Below are positions 59,975-64,000 of a DNA stretch of 64,000 nucleotides, one piece after another; the stretch's first letter is position 1, and every line of letters begins with the position of its first letter. The stretch covers positions 4,416,001-4,480,000 of the forward strand of contig CBDASK010000003.1 in assembly GCA_965199495.1 (NCBI GenBank). Reading direction: 5' to 3'. A program made the translations under genes and the position numbers. Source of the stretch: Abditibacterium sp. GTDB lineage: Bacteria; Armatimonadota; Abditibacteriia; Abditibacteriales; Abditibacteriaceae. Below the pieces are notes generated by a model. That model searched no databases. It was not told the DNA's origin and saw only the letters and a program-made list of their open reading frames with translations.

Positions 59975-61042
59975 ATGAACATTCGCAATCTTCTGATGGT
60001 CGCCTCGCTCGTTTTGAGCGTTTTGATCGGTTTGGTTGTCGCGCGCAGTGGCAAAACTGGCAACGCAGCTTCGGGCAATGGGCCGCTCCTCATCGGTTTT
60101 TCGATGGACACGCTCAAAGAAGCGCGTTGGCAGAACGACCGCGACGCTTTCGTCAAGCGCGCCGAAGAACTGGGCGCCAAAGTGGACGTGCAATCGGCCA
60201 ACAGCGATGACACCCAGCAGATGCGCGATGTCGAATCGCTGTTGACGGCGGGCGCCAAAGTTCTGGTGATCGCCGCGCACGACGGAACCGCGATGGCCAA
60301 AGCCGTCGGGCTGGCCGACAAAGCGGGCGTGCCCGTTATCGCTTATGATCGTCTGATCAACAAAAGCGACGTTGACCTTTATATGTCGTTCGATAACGAA
60401 CACGTCGGCGAATTGCAGGCCAAATATGTGGTGGATCATCTGCCCAGCGGTAAAGGCCGCATCGTGTGCATTTACGGTTCGCCCGCCGATAACAATGCCA
60501 AATTGTTCAAGGCCGGACAGGACAAAGTTCTGGCGCCTTACATTAAAAGCGGCGCGATTAAAATTGTGCGCGCCGACTGGGCCGAGGATTGGAAGCCCGA
60601 AAACGCCAAACGCATCACCGACGCGGCGATTACCAGCGGCAAGTTCGACGCGGTTTTGGCGTCCAACGACGGCACGGCGGGCGGCGCGATTCAGTCATTG
60701 TCCGAATCGGGTCTAGCGGGCAAAGTCATGGTGACCGGCCAAGATTCCGAACTCGCGGCTTGCCAGCGCATCGCGCGCGGCACACAGGCGATGACGATTT
60801 ATAAGCCGATCAAAAGTCTGGCCGCGCGCGCCGCCGAAAGCGCCGTTGACATGGCCAAAGGCCGCGCCATCGTCGCCAAAGATGTCACGCCCAACGGCCA
60901 GATTGACGTGCCCTCGATTTTGGAAGATGTTCAGGTCGTCACCAAAGCGAACATGGTGCAAACCGTCGTCAAAGCCGGTTTTCATACTTACGACGAAATT
61001 TATAGCGACGTGCCCGAAAACCAGCGCCCGCCGCGCCGGTAA
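59975..61042 (+). CDS. xylF: D-xylose ABC transporter substrate-binding protein
   Basis: IGFSMDTLKEARWQNDRD, VIAYDRLI, SFDNE.VG, SNDGTAGG, MTIYKPI. Confidence 0.85.
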   Translation: MNIRNLLMVASLVLSVLIGLVVARSGKTGNAASGNGPLLIGFSMDTLKEARWQNDRDAFVKRAEELGAKVDVQSANSDDTQQMRDVESLLTAGAKVLVIAAHDGTAMAKAVGLADKAGVPVIAYDRLINKSDVDLYMSFDNEHVGELQAKYVVDHLPSGKGRIVCIYGSPADNNAKLFKAGQDKVLAPYIKSGAIKIVRADWAEDWKPENAKRITDAAITSGKFDAVLASNDGTAGGAIQSLSESGLAGKVMVTGQDSELAACQRIARGTQAMTIYKPIKSLAARAAESAVDMAKGRAIVAKDVTPNGQIDVPSILEDVQVVTKANMVQTVVKAGFHTYDEIYSDVPENQRPPRR

Positions 61043-61064
61043 TCGTAGCAGATTGCGAGTGAGT

Positions 61065-61259
61065 GATATGTTATTCTCTTGCGTTTTTCCCTCACCCTAA
61101 CCCTCTCCCGAAGGGAGAAGGAACTACTCGCCGGAAAGTAAAACTTGCACGAACTCACTTATAAAGTAAGTTCCAGAAACTACAAATTTCCGGAAAGTAG
61201 TTCCTTCTCCCTCCGGGAGAGGGTTAGGGTGAGGGAAAAACGCAAGAGAATGACATATC
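61065..61259. repeat. Long imperfect inverted repeat of BoxC-like CCCTCACCCTAACCCTCTCCC units
   Basis: ccctcaccctaaccctctcccg...cgggagagggttagggtgaggg; arms of roughly 70 bp. Confidence 0.85.
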
Positions 61260-61287
61260 GCTCTCCGTCCCAATCTAAATCGCAGCC

Positions 61288-62880
61288 ATGACTTCTTTCA
61301 CCAACAACGCCGCCAACAGCAGCCACGCCGCCGTCGAGAATACGGCCGCGCATCCGGTGATTTTGGAAGCGCACCACATCGTCAAGCGTTTTCCGGGCGT
61401 TATCGCCTTGAAAGATGTGACCTTCGATTTGCGCGCGGGTGAAATTCACGCGCTGTGCGGCGAAAATGGCGCGGGCAAATCTACGCTCATCAAAACGCTG
61501 TCGGGCATTCATCCGTTTGGCTCCTACGAGGGCGAACTATTGCTCGATGGCCAGCCGCTCGAAATGCGCTCGACCGGCGACGCCGAGGCCAATCGCATTT
61601 CGGTGATTTATCAGGAATTAGCCTTAGTGCCCGAAATGACGGTCGCCGAAAACATCTTTCTGGGCAACGAACCGCGCCGTGGCTCCTTTATCAACTGGAT
61701 CGCGATGTCGCAGGAATCGCGCAAATTGCTCGACCGTTTTGGAATCAATATTGATCCCGATACGCGCGTCAGCGATTTGGGCGTCGGCCATCAGCAGTTG
61801 GTCGAAATCGTCAAGGCGCTACGCAAAGAATCGCGTCTGCTGATTTTGGACGAACCGACGGCGGCTTTGAGCGAAAGCGAAGTCGAGATTTTGCTCGATA
61901 TTCTGCACGACCTGCGCGAGCGCGGCGTGACCTGCGTTTATATTTCGCACAAGTTGGACGAAGTTTTCGCCATCGCCGACCGCATCACGATTTTGCGCGA
62001 CGGTGAAAGCGTGGTGACGTTAGATACCGATGAAACCAACCGCGCCGCCGTGATTCAGAATATGGTCGGGCGCGAAATCAAAGATTTGTTTCCGCGTCAC
62101 GCACATCATTTCGGCGACGCGCTGCTCGAAGTGCGCGATTTGAGCGTAGCGCCGCCCGAAGGCTCGACGATGCGGTTGCGCGACATTTCGTTCGATGTGC
62201 GCGCGGGCGAAGTTTTGGGCATCGGCGGCTTGATGGGCGCCGGTCGCAGCGAACTTTTGATGCACATTTTCGGCGCGTGGGGCCAGCGCCTGAGCGGAAC
62301 AGTGACGCTCGCGGGAAAATCATTGGATAAAACTTCGCCCTCACGCTCGATTGAATCGGGGTTGGTGATGGTGACCGAAGACCGCAAACGCTACGGGCTG
62401 GTTTTGGACGAAACCATCGGTTTCAATTTGTCGCTTTCGTCATTGGATGAGATGTCGCCGTTTTACTTGTTGGATCAAAATCACGAGTGGACGCACAACA
62501 CGCATTTTTTCAATTCACTGCGCATCAAGGCGCCGAGTCTGGAAAGCATCGTGGGCAAACTGTCGGGCGGCAACCAGCAAAAAGTCGTCTTGGGCAAGGC
62601 GCTGATGACCAAACCCAAAGTCGTCTTTTTGGACGAGCCGACGCGCGGCATTGATGTCGGCGCCAAGTTGGAAGTTTACAATTTGATCAACAAATTAACG
62701 GAAAGTAAACAGGCGGTCGTTTTGGTTTCGAGCGAACTTCCCGAATTGATGGGCATGAGCGACCGCATCGTGATGCTGTGCGAAGGACGCATCGGCGGCA
62801 TCTTCACGCGCAAAGAAGCCACGCAGGAACGCTTGCTGGCGGCGGCGATGGGTGGAGCCGTCGAGCATCCGTTGACGTGA
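61288..62880 (+). CDS. xylG: D-xylose ABC transporter ATP-binding protein
   Basis: GENGAGKST, two ABC domains, LSGGNQQKV, DEPTRGIDVGAK. Confidence 0.88.
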   Translation: MTSFTNNAANSSHAAVENTAAHPVILEAHHIVKRFPGVIALKDVTFDLRAGEIHALCGENGAGKSTLIKTLSGIHPFGSYEGELLLDGQPLEMRSTGDAEANRISVIYQELALVPEMTVAENIFLGNEPRRGSFINWIAMSQESRKLLDRFGINIDPDTRVSDLGVGHQQLVEIVKALRKESRLLILDEPTAALSESEVEILLDILHDLRERGVTCVYISHKLDEVFAIADRITILRDGESVVTLDTDETNRAAVIQNMVGREIKDLFPRHAHHFGDALLEVRDLSVAPPEGSTMRLRDISFDVRAGEVLGIGGLMGAGRSELLMHIFGAWGQRLSGTVTLAGKSLDKTSPSRSIESGLVMVTEDRKRYGLVLDETIGFNLSLSSLDEMSPFYLLDQNHEWTHNTHFFNSLRIKAPSLESIVGKLSGGNQQKVVLGKALMTKPKVVFLDEPTRGIDVGAKLEVYNLINKLTESKQAVVLVSSELPELMGMSDRIVMLCEGRIGGIFTRKEATQERLLAAAMGGAVEHPLT

Positions 62881-62919
62881 ATCGAGATTCCAACCAAAAC
62901 GCACATCAACCCCAAAATA

Positions 62920-64000
62920 ATGGCTACATCTACTCTTCCTCAAGTTGAAAAAAAACGCGATCTGGCGCCCGAAGTGAGCGACGAGAACAAAGAAACTCCG
63001 GTCGCTTTGCGCGACTTTTCGATGGTGATCGCGATGATCCTCATCTGCGGCTTTTTCGCGTTTTCGTCTCCGGCGTTTTTGAGCGCGCGCAACCTGTCCA
63101 ACCTCACCGTCGAACTTTCGATTACGGCGATTCTGTCGTTGGGAATGCTGCTCATCATTTTGCCGGGCTATATAGATCTTTCCATTGGCAGCGGCGTGGG
63201 GCTTCTGGGCGGCATCTCCGCCGTTTTGTTGTTCCAACACGACTGGCCCGCACCGCTCGCCATGTTGGTTTCGATCTTCGCTGGCATCGCCATCTGGTTC
63301 GGCATGGGCGCGCTCATCGTGACCCAACGCATTCCAGCGTTTATCATCACGCTCGCGGGCTTGCTGGTTTTCAAGGGCTTGCACTGGAAAGTCATCCAGA
63401 ACGCGACGATTCCGGTCACACGCGGCGGCGTGGACAACTTGTATTCGTCGCTGACGACGTGGTATTTGCCGCCGATTTGGAGCGCTCTGCTGGGCGTGGC
63501 TGTGTTCGCCATTATGGTCGTGGGCTCGCTCAAAGCGCGCCAGCGCCGCGAGCATTACAACTTGACCGTTGATTCCAATGAAGTCACGTTTTCGCGTTTG
63601 CTGGTGACGGGCCAACTGATCGCGCTGTTTGTTTTGGTCTGCAACAATTATCAGGGCATTCCGCTTTCGGCGCTCATTTTGGCGGCGGCGAGCGTGGCGA
63701 CCTGGGTTTTGACCCAGCACACACGCTTTGGCCGCTATCTCTATGCCATCGGCGGCAACGAGGAAGCCGCGCACGTTTCGGGCATTCCCGTCGCCAAAGT
63801 CGTGATTTGCACCTTCGCGATTATGGGTTTCATTACCGCGCTGGGCGGCTTCATGCAAACCGCTTATGCGGGCGCTTCGACGACGACGACGGGCGCCCTG
63901 CTGGAACTCGATGCCATCGCCGCGTGCGTTATTGGCGGCACCAGTCTCAAGGGCGGGCGCGGCAATGTCGTGGGCGTTTTGTTCGGCTCGCTGATTATGG
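62920..64000 (+). CDS. xylH: D-xylose ABC transporter permease, 3'-truncated by the window edge
   Basis: Translation from ATG 62920 gives FLSARNLSNL, IDLSIGS, IPAFIITLAG, TRFGRYLYAIGGNEEAA, ELDAIAACVIGGTSL. Confidence 0.88.
   Translation, partial: MATSTLPQVEKKRDLAPEVSDENKETPVALRDFSMVIAMILICGFFAFSSPAFLSARNLSNLTVELSITAILSLGMLLIILPGYIDLSIGSGVGLLGGISAVLLFQHDWPAPLAMLVSIFAGIAIWFGMGALIVTQRIPAFIITLAGLLVFKGLHWKVIQNATIPVTRGGVDNLYSSLTTWYLPPIWSALLGVAVFAIMVVGSLKARQRREHYNLTVDSNEVTFSRLLVTGQLIALFVLVCNNYQGIPLSALILAAASVATWVLTQHTRFGRYLYAIGGNEEAAHVSGIPVAKVVICTFAIMGFITALGGFMQTAYAGASTTTTGALLELDAIAACVIGGTSLKGGRGNVVGVLFGSLIM

Overview
This 64 kb window is almost entirely a polysaccharide and sugar utilisation island from a moderately GC-rich bacterium. 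The gene content suggests Abditibacteriota/Armatimonadota, but that assignment is inference only. It encodes about 17 secreted CAZymes and esterases (3x GH28-like, GH76, GH92, 2x GH2, GH97, GH106, GH127/146, GH31, 2x sialate O-acetylesterase-like, 2x SGNH, one unclassified clan-D-like GH, 2 beta-propellers). It also has an ExuT-like MFS, XylFGH, an orphan MsmX-like ATPase, 4 AraC and 3 LacI regulators. The most striking structure is seven prepilin-type DUF1559/H-X9-DG genes, most built into a repeated module: regulator, conserved promoter (GTTTVA-N14-GGG-WATAMT), pilin-like gene, hairpin, glycan-degrading genes. No SusC/D or TonB-dependent receptor is present, so pilin-like proteins sit where PUL capture genes normally would. 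Also seen: three palindromic operator families, very long perfect inverted repeats (129 bp and 67 bp arms) built from nested REP-like units, a VOC gene between 41-bp direct repeats of a rhamnosidase 3' end, and several gene relics. No rRNA, tRNA, CRISPR or transposase was recognised. Family assignments come from motif recognition by eye, not from database searches.
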